Shown: positions 1-9,700, counted from the stretch's first letter. The stretch: 64,000 nt of DNA from an uncultured Fibrobacteraceae bacterium (GCA_964607825.1 CAZSNA010000002.1:39770-103769); one strand, 5' to 3'. Translations and numbers: made by a program. The notes: generated by a model from the sequence alone, not told the origin.

Positions 1-1
1 C

Positions 2-760
2 ATCCCGGGCACCACGCTCTCGATCACCGTCGGCCTGAAGGTCATGGCCACCGAGCTGACCGACAACGACAAGGACTTCCGCGTCGTCGAGGAGATCACC
101 ATCGACGAGGACTGGGGCGTCAATCCCGGCGAGACCGGCTACGGCGAGGACGGCCAGGTGGTCATGAGCGGTCCCACCGTGTTCGGCGACGAGGACGGCT
201 CCGGCCGCATGACCATCCTCTATCACGGCCTGCCCGTGCACACCGAGCTGCTGCCCGAGCTGGGCGGCTTCATCGACACGGACTACGTGCCCCTGGCCAT
301 GCCCCAGGCCTCGGTCGGCGGCGTCATGGGCCTCGAGGGCACCCTGCGCTGGCTGCCCGAGATGACCTTCAGCGACATGAAGGTCAACCTCATGGGCTTC
401 GGTCTCGCGGCGAGCGCCAACTACTGGATCCCCACCCTGCCGGTGGACGTGAAGGTGGGCTACTTCAAGCAGAGCCTGGACGTGGGCGAGTACATCGCCA
501 CCGACGCCAGCAGCATGTACATCGCGGCGAGCAAGTCCTTCACCATGCTCACCGTCTACGGCGGCGTGGCCCAGGAGTCGTCCAGCATGGACGTGACCTA
601 CACCAGCGAGGACGGCGAGGCCGTGGACTTCGAGCTCGACGGCATGCAGGAGCAGCGCATGACCGTCGGCGCCACCCTGAACCTGGGGCTGAAGATCAAC
701 GCCGAGATCGGCATGGGCGACCTGACGACCTTCTCCGGCGGCGCCATGTTCGGTTTCTAG
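2..760 (+). CDS. 5'-truncated outer-membrane beta-barrel-like protein (hypothetical)
   Basis: The frame is open from the window edge, with no stop between nt 2 and the first ATG at 44. Alternating amphipathic strands and a C-terminal ...FSGGAMFGF ending in Phe are typical of OM beta-barrels. A hairpin terminator follows. Confidence 0.5.
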   Translation: MPGTTLSITVGLKVMATELTDNDKDFRVVEEITIDEDWGVNPGETGYGEDGQVVMSGPTVFGDEDGSGRMTILYHGLPVHTELLPELGGFIDTDYVPLAMPQASVGGVMGLEGTLRWLPEMTFSDMKVNLMGFGLAASANYWIPTLPVDVKVGYFKQSLDVGEYIATDASSMYIAASKSFTMLTVYGGVAQESSSMDVTYTSEDGEAVDFELDGMQEQRMTVGATLNLGLKINAEIGMGDLTTFSGGAMFGF

Positions 761-783
761 ATCGCGACGACGGACGAAAAGAA

Positions 784-807
784 GGGCGGGGCCGTGCGGC
801 CCCGCCC
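784..807. terminator. GC-rich hairpin terminator between convergent genes
   Basis: Perfect 10-bp stem GGGCGGGGCC / GGCCCCGCCC with loop GTGC. It is flanked by an A-run upstream and TCGTTTTA downstream, so it could act in both directions. Confidence 0.6.
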
Positions 808-830
808 TCGTTTTATCCCGGAGTTCTGGC

Positions 831-1430
831 TCAGTCGGGCGTGATCTCGCCCGTGTCCATGTCCACGTGCCAGACGTCCTCGCCCACGGTCACGGTGGCG
901 GTGTGGCCGGGGAAGAACTCGATCGTCGCCGTGTGGCCGGACGAGCTCATGATCACCTGTCCGCCGATGGGGAGGTTGCCCGGGTCGAGCGCCACGCTCA
1001 CGATGTCGAAGGTGACCAGGGGCGGGAAGTCGCAGGTGCCGGTCCCGTTGGCGAAGCCGGGGGTGGCGTCGTTGATGTCGAACGTCACCGGGGAATCCGT
1101 CTCCATGTCGTGGGGCAGGCCGTCGAAATCCACGTAGAGGATGTTGTCGCCCTCGGTCCACACCCGGTCGGCGTCGCCGTCGTCCCAGTAGGATCCGTAG
1201 ACGTGGTCCTGGTCGATGTACCGTACGACCGGCTGCTTGGAGGACATCTCCTGCAGCACGTTGCCCATGACGACGGCCACGAAGCCGGCCTGGTAGGCGG
1301 CGTCCTCAGCGGTCACCACGGGATCATCGTGCGGGGTCACGCCGTCGTCGCTGCTGCAGCCGCCGAGCGCGAAGAGCGAGACGGCGAGCAGGGCCAGCAG
1401 CATCAGGATCGTGTTCAGTCGCTTCATCAT
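831..1430 (-). CDS. hypothetical lipoprotein
   Basis: Start set at the MMKRLN... methionine. Signal peptide with lipobox LFALGGC|SS. No recognisable catalytic motif. Confidence 0.6.
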   Translation of the reverse strand: MMKRLNTILMLLALLAVSLFALGGCSSDDGVTPHDDPVVTAEDAAYQAGFVAVVMGNVLQEMSSKQPVVRYIDQDHVYGSYWDDGDADRVWTEGDNILYVDFDGLPHDMETDSPVTFDINDATPGFANGTGTCDFPPLVTFDIVSVALDPGNLPIGGQVIMSSSGHTATIEFFPGHTATVTVGEDVWHVDMDTGEITPD

Positions 1431-1530
1431 GTCCATCCCCCCGGCATTGCACATAACGTGCGTGAAAACACGTGAATTCCCATCGTACAGGCCTCGACTC
1501 TAGCATAGGAGCGGGGGCGTTGCCAACCCG

Positions 1531-2316
1531 TCAACGCAACAGGAGGCCCCGTGCGACGACCGGCGACGCGCCTTCGATGTCGAGACGGAAGAGATAGGCG
1601 CCCGAGGGCAGGGGGCGCCCCGCTGCGTCGCGTCCGCGCCAGTCGAGTTCCAGGGGAGCGGGGCCCAGTTCGCCGCGCCAGAGCATGTCGAGGCGGCGGC
1701 CGGCGGCGTCGAAGACCTCCAGGCGGGCCGGCGCCGACGGGTCCGCGCCCCGTAGGTTCAGCCGCACCGAGGGATTGAAGGGGTTGGGCGCCAGGAGGAG
1801 CGAGGCGCCGCCGGGGTGCGGTGGCGCATCCGAGACGGGATCGCACACCGCCACGGTGACGGAGCCCAGGGACAGGTCGGGCAGCGGGTCGGCCTGGGGG
1901 TCGGATACGTAGACGTCGATCACCTCGAGCACGGCGGCGTCGACCGCGGGGCCGGCGGTGAAGTGCCAGACGATCAGCTCGCCGGGGCCGGTGGCGTGAC
2001 AGTCGCCGCCCATGATCACCACGTAGGCGTGGAAGAGGCCGGGCGTCTCCTCCTCGTAGCCCTCCCACAGGAAGCAGCCCACGCCGTCGTAGATCGAGCC
2101 GGGCGAGGAGCCGACGCCCGTCAGCACGTCCGGGTCGTAGGCGATCCAGACGTCCACGGTGCGCATGTCGACCGGATCGTCCAGCCAGATGGAGACGCTG
2201 CCGTCCGCGCCGGGCGCGACGCATTGCCAGGAAGGATCCCAGCGGAGATCCGTCGCGTCGGCGCCGCCGGCGGCGAGGAGCAGGACGAGCGGCAGGATAC
2301 GGGCGATGGTCTTCAT
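1531..2316 (-). CDS. secreted cohesin-like domain protein with T9SS/FlgD-Ig-type C-terminal domain
   Basis: Signal peptide MKTIARILPLVLLLAAGGADA. Cohesin-like beta-sandwich pattern (VSIWLDDPVDMRTVDVWIAYDPDVL...). C-terminal APNPFNPSVRL...GAYLFRL...LLLR sorting-type domain. Confidence 0.7.
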   Translation of the reverse strand: MKTIARILPLVLLLAAGGADATDLRWDPSWQCVAPGADGSVSIWLDDPVDMRTVDVWIAYDPDVLTGVGSSPGSIYDGVGCFLWEGYEEETPGLFHAYVVIMGGDCHATGPGELIVWHFTAGPAVDAAVLEVIDVYVSDPQADPLPDLSLGSVTVAVCDPVSDAPPHPGGASLLLAPNPFNPSVRLNLRGADPSAPARLEVFDAAGRRLDMLWRGELGPAPLELDWRGRDAAGRPLPSGAYLFRLDIEGASPVVARGLLLR

Positions 2317-2332
2317 GTCGTCTCCGTTCGGT

Positions 2333-2365
2333 CCCCGGGCCCCGGCTCGCGGCCGGGACCCGGGG
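2333..2365. other. GC-rich hairpin flanking the IS (possible displaced terminator or IS target hairpin)
   Basis: 14-bp stem CCCCGGGCCCCGGC / GCCGGGACCCGGGG with one mismatch and a TCGCG loop. It lies 17 nt upstream of the start of the 1531-2316 gene. Confidence 0.4.
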
Positions 2366-2468
2366 GGTCGGGATGATGGGTCCTAGACATAATGGAACGG
2401 CTGAGCTCATCGGCATATCGTGGGTTAGTCCGCGAAGACCAGAGCACACACCCGAGAGGAGCCCAGCC

Positions 2469-3581
2469 ATGACGCAGCATACCACAGATCCGATCTGGGT
2501 GGGCATGGACGTCCACCAGGACTCGATCACCGCCGCGATTTTCCACGGCCAGAGCCATTCTCCCGAGGTCGTCCGCCTGCCCGGCGACCTCAACGCGGTC
2601 CGCAAGCTGTTCCGCCGCCTCGAGAAGCGAGGCACGCCGCGCAGCTGCTACGAGGCCTCCGGAGCCGGCTACGTGCTTCATCGCACCCTCGCCCATGACG
2701 GCTTCCACTGCGAGGTCATCGCTCCGAGCCTGATCCCGCGCACGCCGGGCGACCGTCGCAAGACCGACAGGCTGGACGCCGTGCGCCTGGCCAAGCACTA
2801 CCGCAGCGGCAACCTGACGCCGATCGCGGTGCCGGACGAGCACCAGGAAGCGGTTCGTCAGCTCGTGCGCACACGCAACGCCACGCAGACCCACATCACC
2901 AGGCTGAAGCACAGGACCGTCCGCGTGTTGGCCACCCACGGTTACCGCTTCACCGGCACCAAGACCAACTGGACCAAGCAGCACAGGACCTGGATGCGGC
3001 GGCTGGCCACCGAGTTGCCCGAGCCCTTGGCCACCGTCCACGGTCAGCACCTGGAGCACCTCGAGTACCTGGAGACCCAGCGCGCCGCGCTCGAAGACAG
3101 CATCGAGCGGTACGCCCGCCGCGAGCCCTGGCGCGCGAAGGTCGATGCCCTCTGCTGCTTCCGGGGCATCAAGACCCTGACCGCGATGATGATCCTGACC
3201 GAGATCGGAGACGTCCGCCGCTTCGCCCGACCGACCGGGCTGATGGCGTTCGCCGGGCTCGTCCCCGGCGAACGCTCCAGCGGCGAGACCCGCAGGCGCG
3301 GCCCGATCACCAAGGCCGGCTCGAGCGAACTGCGCAAGGCGTTGATCGAAGCGGCCTGGCACTACCGACACAAGGCCGGTGCAGACCTGATCCTCAAGCG
3401 CAGACGCATGGGACAGGATCCGCGCGTGGTCGCGGTCGCGGTGAAAGCCCAGCACAGGCTCAACAAGAAGTACCGCCGGCTGATCGAGAAGAAGCACACG
3501 TGCACCGCGGTAACAGCCGTGGCAAGGGAACTGTGCGGCTTCCTGTGGGCGGCTCTGCAGTACTGCGAGGAGGATCGATAG
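2469..3581 (+). CDS. IS110 family transposase (DEDD RuvC-like N-domain + Transposase_20 C-domain)
   Basis: ATG at 2469 preceded by GAGAGGAG. Motifs: IWVGMDVHQDS, CYEASGAGY, RRKTDRLDAVRLAKHYRSG, GIKTLTAMMILTEIGDVRRFARP, GLVPGERSSGE...ITKAGSSELRKALIEAAW. Confidence 0.9.
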   Translation: MTQHTTDPIWVGMDVHQDSITAAIFHGQSHSPEVVRLPGDLNAVRKLFRRLEKRGTPRSCYEASGAGYVLHRTLAHDGFHCEVIAPSLIPRTPGDRRKTDRLDAVRLAKHYRSGNLTPIAVPDEHQEAVRQLVRTRNATQTHITRLKHRTVRVLATHGYRFTGTKTNWTKQHRTWMRRLATELPEPLATVHGQHLEHLEYLETQRAALEDSIERYARREPWRAKVDALCCFRGIKTLTAMMILTEIGDVRRFARPTGLMAFAGLVPGERSSGETRRRGPITKAGSSELRKALIEAAWHYRHKAGADLILKRRRMGQDPRVVAVAVKAQHRLNKKYRRLIEKKHTCTAVTAVARELCGFLWAALQYCEEDR

Positions 3582-3592
3582 TCACAAGACAG

Positions 3593-3747
3593 GGAAGAGC
3601 GACGGAGGGGGATCCTCGTTTAAAGTATGCGGTACGGCTGCGGCCCAACCCGCGGTCCTAGAGAGAGGCGGCCCCGGACGGAGAGCATGAAGTGCGGTAA
3701 CCAACCCGCGGATATCAGTCTGATCGACCGTCGACAACAGCTCTTCC
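3593..3747 (+). ncRNA. candidate IS-encoded guide (bridge/seek-type) RNA
   Basis: An 8-bp closing stem pairs GGAAGAGC (3593-3600) with GCTCTTCC (3740-3747). It encloses two similar modules, TGCGG-N-CCAACCCGCGG, at 3639-3655 and 3693-3711. The region lies in the long 3' non-coding part of the IS. Confidence 0.3.
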
Positions 3748-3756
3748 TGACGCCAA

Positions 3757-3782
3757 GGACCCCGGGCTTGCGCCCGGGGTCC
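3757..3782. terminator. GC-rich hairpin terminator downstream of the 3809-6685 gene
   Basis: Perfect 11-bp stem GGACCCCGGGC / GCCCGGGGTCC with loop TTGC. It lies about 27 nt past the minus-strand stop at 3809. Confidence 0.55.
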
Positions 3783-3808
3783 GAGGTGGCTTGACAAGCC
3801 GTTCCATA

Positions 3809-6685
3809 TCACTTCATCAGCAGCATCTTGTGGACCGCCGAGTCGGGGCCCGCGTCGAGGCTGTAGAAATAGGCGCCCGAGGCGACGCCCTGGCCGGCGT
3901 CGTCGAGACCGTCCCAGACGATCGTCTGAACGCCGGTCGGCAGCTCGCCGTCGACCAGGGTGCGCACCAGCGAGCCGTCCACCGCGTACACGCGCAGGCG
4001 CACCGTGCGCGGCTCGGGCAGCTCGAAGGCGATCGTCGTCCGGGGGTTGAAGGGATTGGGATAGTTCGGCGCCGCCGAGAACCTGGCCGGCGTCGCGTCC
4101 GCGTCCGTCGCCATGGAGACCGGCAGCTCGCCGTTGTCGACGCCGCGCGCGGTCACCGTCGGCGCGAAGGCGACCTCGGCGCCGAAGCTCACCCGCAGCA
4201 GTTCGCCCGCGCCGACGATCGCCGCGCCGCGGCCCATCAGGGCCAGGTTGGCGTCGAGGCCGTTGCGGTCGATGTTCGCCACGAAGACCGGCGTCGGCTG
4301 CGCGAGCAGCAGGCCGCCTGCGCTCACCTCGCAGGACACGCCCGCAGGCAGCGGTGCGCGGAGACGCAGTCCCTTGAGGTTCGCGCAGGGTTCGGCCAGC
4401 TCGAGGGCCCAGGTCACGGCGTCGACACGGGTCCAGGCCAGGACCGCGTCGCGCGTGCCGCCCTCGGGCAGTCGCGGCGCCACGTTGCCGTAGTTCATGG
4501 CGAAGATCATCAGGTCCTCGAAGTCGATCACGTCGTCGGTTCCGGGGATGCCGAAGCCGCTCGCGTCGTCGGTCGGACCCACGTCGGCGTGGTTGTCGTA
4601 GCCGCCGTCGCCGTCGACGTAGCCGAAGGTGGCGCCGAGCTCGTCGATGTCGAGCACGTCCACCAGGCCGTCCCAGGGCACGTCCACGTCGCCGAGCCAG
4701 TAGTTGGTGGATCGGTTCAGCGGACCGGCGCCCGGTCCGATGTTGCCGGCCGCGTCCACGGCGTAGACCTCGTAGTAGTAGATGCCGCGCGGCGCGTAGG
4801 CGTCGACGTAGGCGGTGGCGGTGCCGGCGACGGTGTCGTCGATCATCGTCCACTCCGCGCTGGCGTCGGCCGCGGCGCGATCCGCGGGCCACACCGGCTC
4901 GGTGGGGTTGACGTCGTCGTACTCGGGATAGGCCGAGGTCGTGTTGTCGCCGGTGTGCCAGACGGCGCGCCAGATCTCGTAGTGGTCCACGTCCGAGGCG
5001 TCGACCATGGTCCAGTCGAGGGAGATCTGCTCGTGGCCGGGGGCAGACGTCAGGTCGGTCACGCCCGGCGGAGCGGTGCAGTCGACGGTGAACGAGACCG
5101 CGGGCATGGTCGCGAAGAGGTCCACGTTGTCGGGATCGCGCATGCGGTAGGAGTCGACCGTGATCTCCACCAGGCCGTCGCCGGTGGTCGTCAGGTCCAG
5201 GTCGAACAGGTCGCCCGGAGCCAGCAGGCCGGCGGTGGTGCCCAGGATCGAGCCGTTGACCGAGTACAGGCCGCCGCCCTGGTCCACCACGTAGAACACG
5301 GTGGGATCGCCGGTCGAGGCCAGGCCGCCGAGCTCGGCGAAGTCGCCCGTGCCGAAGCTCACGGGGCCGGTGATCGAGAGCACGATCTCGTAGCCGCGCA
5401 GGCCCGGCGTGGCGTCGCCGGGGTCGTAGGAGAAGGTGACGGTCTTGAGCTCGCCGCACTGGACGGGATCGGGCCCGGTCACGGCCGCGGTCACGTCGGC
5501 GCCGGCCAGGGCCCAGACCATCGCCACGCCGGCGGTCGCCTCGCCGCTGACCTCGGGCAGGTGGTAGCCGTCGCCGTAGACCCAGCCGCCGGAGGCGTCC
5601 TGGGTGGCGGCCAGCCAGCCCGCGCCGCGGTACATGGCGTCGTAGGTCGTCGGGGTGCCGGGGAGGTTCCCGGCCAGGGTCATCAGGGCGTAGCCGCTGG
5701 TCTGCCAGTCGCGGTCGATCTCGGCCGTGGCGCCGTACTGGTCGCTGAAGGCGCCGTCGGCGTACTGGCAGTCGAGCAGGATGGCCTCCATGGCGGGGAT
5801 CTCCGCCGTGTGGACGCCCGCCGCCGCGAAGGCGTCGATGATGCCCGTGATGCCGATCGTGTACCAGTAGTACAGGGGATCCGCCCAGCCGGGATCGCTG
5901 CCCATGTTGGCCCCGTCCGGATCGAAGTAGCCGGGGTTGCCCATGAAGCTGTCCTGGTAGACGACCTCGGCGATGGCCGCGGCTTCGGCGTCGTGGCCGC
6001 CCGCGGGGAAGGCGTCGTGCATGGCCATGGCCGCCGCGACCCACGCGGAGATGTCCCAGGGAATGATGCCGTTGCTGTAGCCCTGGCCGTAGCGGACGTC
6101 GCGGATGTACTCCGCCAGCGCGGCCATGGTGCCGTACACGCCCAGGTGGCGGTCCCAGATGGCCTGGGCGCCGGCCCGGTAGTGGGCGGGATCGGGGCAG
6201 TCCGGCAGGTTCGCGAAGTTCAGCAGGAAGGTGACGTCGGGGCCCGAGCGGATGTTGTCGGGTCCGGCGAGGACGATGTAGTCGGCCGCGTCCTTCATGG
6301 CCGTGAAGTAGGTGGCCCTGGGCTCGTGCAGGTAGGCCTGGTAGATGCCCTGGACGGTCGCGCCGTAGATGTTGGGCGGACTCGCTCCCGTGTCGTGCTC
6401 GAACAGGTTGGTGTACCAGTCCCAGCCGCCGTCGTCGGGGTCCGTGTCGGAGGCCCCGTTGCCGGCGTTGTCCTCGGTGATGTCGGCCTGCATGGCGACC
6501 AGGTGGTCCGCGCCGGCCAGCGCCGAGGCCAGGAAGTCGTTCGGATCGCCGAAGGCCTTGGCCGTGGGGATCGTGCCGCGTTCGCCGACGGGCAGGCCCT
6601 CGTGATGGGTGGCCGACGGCCCGGCGGCCCAGGCGCCCGCCGCGATCAGCAGCGGCACCAGGACAAGGAACACTCGCAGTCTCAT
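3809..6685 (-). CDS. large secreted multidomain surface protein (alpha/alpha-toroid prenyltransferase/cyclase-like + cohesin-like + FN3 + dockerin-like + T9SS-type CTD)
   Basis: Signal peptide MRLRVFLVLVPLLIAAGAWA. Toroid-repeat motifs DGGWDWY and DASGGWVYGDG. FN3 (TAPPGVTDLTSAPGHEQISLDW...YEIWRAVW). Dockerin-like EF-hand pair (DGLVDVLDIDEL / DDVIDFEDLMIFAMNYG). C-terminal NYPNPFNPRTTIAFEL...GAYFYSL...MLLMK. Confidence 0.8.
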   Translation of the reverse strand: MRLRVFLVLVPLLIAAGAWAAGPSATHHEGLPVGERGTIPTAKAFGDPNDFLASALAGADHLVAMQADITEDNAGNGASDTDPDDGGWDWYTNLFEHDTGASPPNIYGATVQGIYQAYLHEPRATYFTAMKDAADYIVLAGPDNIRSGPDVTFLLNFANLPDCPDPAHYRAGAQAIWDRHLGVYGTMAALAEYIRDVRYGQGYSNGIIPWDISAWVAAAMAMHDAFPAGGHDAEAAAIAEVVYQDSFMGNPGYFDPDGANMGSDPGWADPLYYWYTIGITGIIDAFAAAGVHTAEIPAMEAILLDCQYADGAFSDQYGATAEIDRDWQTSGYALMTLAGNLPGTPTTYDAMYRGAGWLAATQDASGGWVYGDGYHLPEVSGEATAGVAMVWALAGADVTAAVTGPDPVQCGELKTVTFSYDPGDATPGLRGYEIVLSITGPVSFGTGDFAELGGLASTGDPTVFYVVDQGGGLYSVNGSILGTTAGLLAPGDLFDLDLTTTGDGLVEITVDSYRMRDPDNVDLFATMPAVSFTVDCTAPPGVTDLTSAPGHEQISLDWTMVDASDVDHYEIWRAVWHTGDNTTSAYPEYDDVNPTEPVWPADRAAADASAEWTMIDDTVAGTATAYVDAYAPRGIYYYEVYAVDAAGNIGPGAGPLNRSTNYWLGDVDVPWDGLVDVLDIDELGATFGYVDGDGGYDNHADVGPTDDASGFGIPGTDDVIDFEDLMIFAMNYGNVAPRLPEGGTRDAVLAWTRVDAVTWALELAEPCANLKGLRLRAPLPAGVSCEVSAGGLLLAQPTPVFVANIDRNGLDANLALMGRGAAIVGAGELLRVSFGAEVAFAPTVTARGVDNGELPVSMATDADATPARFSAAPNYPNPFNPRTTIAFELPEPRTVRLRVYAVDGSLVRTLVDGELPTGVQTIVWDGLDDAGQGVASGAYFYSLDAGPDSAVHKMLLMK
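4814..5003. repeat. 190-bp tract identical to 7797-7986 (core of a ~1.3-kb paralogous block 3809-5100 vs 6792-8083)
   Basis: Base-by-base comparison by eye found no mismatch over 190 bp at a constant offset of 2983. The flanks drop to roughly 80-90% identity. Confidence 0.85.
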
Positions 6686-6791
6686 GTGGTCCCTCCTCGT
6701 TGTCGATCGGACTCCTGTCCTGGATTGACGGGGGTCCGTTCCCGTCGCGGGGTTCGGGCCCCGGCGCGCGGCCGGGGCCCTCGTCGAACGG

Positions 6792-9700
6792 CTACTTCAT
6801 GAGCAGCATCTTGCGGACCTCGATGTCGGGGCCCGCCTCGAGACGGTAGAAGTAGGTGCCGGTGGCGACGCCCTGGCGGCGGTCGTCGCGCCCGTCCCAG
6901 ACGATGTCGTGACGACCGGCCGGCAGCTCGCCGCCGACCAGCGTCCTCACCAGCGACCCGTCCACCGCGTAGATGCCCAGGCGCACACCGCGGGCCTCGG
7001 GCAGGTCGAAGGAGATCGTCGTGCTGGGGTTGAAGGGATTGGGGAAGTTCTGGCGCACGGCGAAGACGCGCGGCGCCGCGGCCTCGGTCACCGTGCTCAG
7101 CGACGCCTCGAGGTCGGCGTTGTCGACGCCGCGGGCGGTCACGTGCGGTGCGACCACCACGTCGGCGCTGAACGTGACGCGCAGCAGCTCGCCGTCGCCG
7201 GCGATGGCGGCGCCGCGGCCGAGCAGGGCCGCGCCGACGTCCAGGCCGGCATGGCCGGATCCCACGAAGGCGGGCAGGGTCTGCCCGTCGAGCAGCTCGC
7301 CCGCGACCGCGGTGCAGGTCACGCCCTCGGGCAGCCGCGCGGTCAGGCGCACGCCCTTCAGGCCGGTGCAGCCTTCCTCGAGCATCAGGGCCCAGGTGGT
7401 GTCGTCGAGGCGCTGCCACACGAAGGCGGGCGGCGTGTCGTCCTCGGCGGGCTGACGCGGGGCCACGTTGCCGTAGTTGAGCGCGAAGATCATCAGGTCC
7501 TCGAAGCCGACGGTGCTGTCGGTCTCGGGGATGCCGTAGCCGCTGCGGTCGTCGGTGGGCCCGACGTCGCAGTGGTTGTCGTAGCTGCCGTGGCCGTGGG
7601 CGTAGCCGTAGGTGGCGCCGAGCTCGTCGATGTCGAGCACGTCCACCAGGCCGTCCCAGGGCGCGTCCACGTCGCCGAGCCAGTAGTTGGTGGCCCGGTT
7701 GGAGGGACCCGCCCCGGGGCCGATGTTGTCGGCCGCGTCCACGGCGTAGACCTCGTAGTAGTAGATGCCGCGCGGTGCGCCGGCGTCCACGTACGAGGTG
7801 GCGGTGCCGGCGACGGTGTCGTCGATCATCGTCCACTCCGCGCTGGCGTCGGCCGCGGCGCGATCCGCGGGCCACACCGGCTCGGTGGGGTTGACGTCGT
7901 CGTACTCGGGATAGGCCGAGGTCGTGTTGTCGCCGGTGTGCCAGACGGCGCGCCAGATCTCGTAGTGGTCCACGTCCGAGGCGTCGGCCATGGTCCAGTC
8001 CAGCGAGACCTCCTCGTGGGCGGGGGCCGACGTCAGGTCGGTCACGCCCGGAGGAGCGGTGCAGTCGACGGTGATGGTCGCGCCGGTCGCCAGGGCGCCG
8101 ATGTCCTGGTTGTCCATGTCGCGGAGCGTGATCGCGGGGATCGTCACCGCGCCCGCGCCGTCGGCCGCCGGGTGGAAGGTGATGGAGAAGAGGTCGGCGG
8201 CGGTCGCCAGCCCGGACGTGCCGCCCAGGATGGCGCTGTCCATGGTGAACGTGCCGTCCCCGTTGTCCAGGGCCTGGAAGTAGTCGGGCGGGAAGGCGTC
8301 GAAGGCCCCCAGGTCGGTGATGTCGCCGGCGCCGAAGCTCAGCTCGGCCGAGCAGTCCACCGTGACGGTGAAGCCGCGCAGCTCGGGGGTGTAGGCGTCG
8401 GGCTCGTAGCGGAAGGTCAGGGTGACCGTCTCGCCGCAGTTGATGGGGCCGCTGCTCGCGGGCAGGGCCGCCACGGCGCCCATGCCGGCCCAGGGGTCGA
8501 ACAGCACGTCGTCGCTGACCGGATATCCCAGGCCTCCCGGGTTAAGGGTGGGATGGTACGGACCGGTCGCGTCGCCCCACCAGTTGCCGCGGGCGTCGAG
8601 GATGCCGGTCGTGAAGCCGCCCCCCCCGTGGGTCGTGTAGACGGCGAAGTCGCTGATGGGATCGAAGCTGTTGTCGTGGATCGAGCCCGTGGGTGCGGGC
8701 TCGGTGCCAAGGCCGGGCAGCCAGATGCCCTGCCAGCAGTCGATGAACTGGTTGTCGTAGATGTCGATGTCGCCGACCTTCCAGGTCTGGAGGCCCTGGC
8801 CCTCGCCCCAGCTGTTCTCGGCGACGTTGGTCATGATGTTGTCGTGGAACTGGAGCACCTCGACGTTGTGGGCCTCGAAGCAGGCCCAGGCCTGGGAGGG
8901 CGAGCTGAAGTTCTCGTTGATGTTCTCCCAGACGTTGTCGTGGGCGACCACGAGGTCGATGCGGTCGGCGGAATCGCCGCGGAAGGCGACGGCGCCGTCG
9001 CACTCGTGGATGTGGTTGTGGGTGAAGGTCACGGTGCCCATGACCGTCTCCCAGCCCGTGCTGGCCGAGTCGAACACCGACCAGCCGGCCACGTCCACGA
9101 ACTCGCAGTGGGTGACCGTCACGTCGCCGGTGAGGCGGCCGCCGGCGTAGGAACTCCACGTACCCGCGCCGTCGAGCAGCACATGGTCCATGGTGAAGTC
9201 GTTGTTGGGATGGCCGGCCCGGATGACCGCGCCCGCCGCACCCTCGCCGGTGATGGCGAAGTTCCGCAGCGTCAGCCCGTCGACCCCGTCGGGCAGCAGC
9301 ATGCCGCCGGCCAGGAAGGTCGAGGTCGTGCCGGCGCCGTCCAGGGTCATCGGCATGCCGGCCGGGATGGTGATGGCGCCGGGATAGGTGCCCGCGCCGA
9401 TGTTGATCGTGCTGGCGGTGACCAGGTCGACGCCCTCCTGGATCCGGCCTCCGCCGATCTGCTCGCCGAGGTCGTCGACCCACAGCACCGAGAAGTCGCC
9501 GGCGTAGCCGGGCATCGTCGCCGCGCCGCCGGCGAGCCAGGGCGTGAAGTCGACCGCGCCCAGGATCGAGGCCTCCAGGATCGCGGGGTCCGTCGTGCCC
9601 CAGTCGTTGCCCGAGGCGTCCTGCACGGTGGTCAGGGCCGCGTCGTTGTAGAAGAAGCCGTCGTTGCCGACGAGGCCGTTGTCCGTGGCGACGAGCGAGA

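Larger units (their letters stand above)
2380..3808 (+). mobile_element. IS110-family (IS1111-like) insertion sequence; ends uncertain
   Basis: Single DEDD-type transposase gene with a short 5' and a long (~200 nt) 3' non-coding part. An 11-bp inverted repeat is present: ATGGAACGGCT at 2392-2402 and AGCCGTTCCAT at 3797-3807. The element sits in the intergenic space between two same-strand host genes. Confidence 0.7.

Noticed and set aside
3582-6802. Long ORFs 3582-6044 (-, 820 aa), 3791-6802 (+, 1003 aa) and others overlapping the 3809-6685 gene.
   Set aside because: Their translations are Arg/Gly/Pro/His-rich and low-complexity with no motifs. They are out-of-frame or antisense to an ORF with a clear signal peptide and domains. 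This is a typical stop-codon-poor artefact of very GC-rich DNA.
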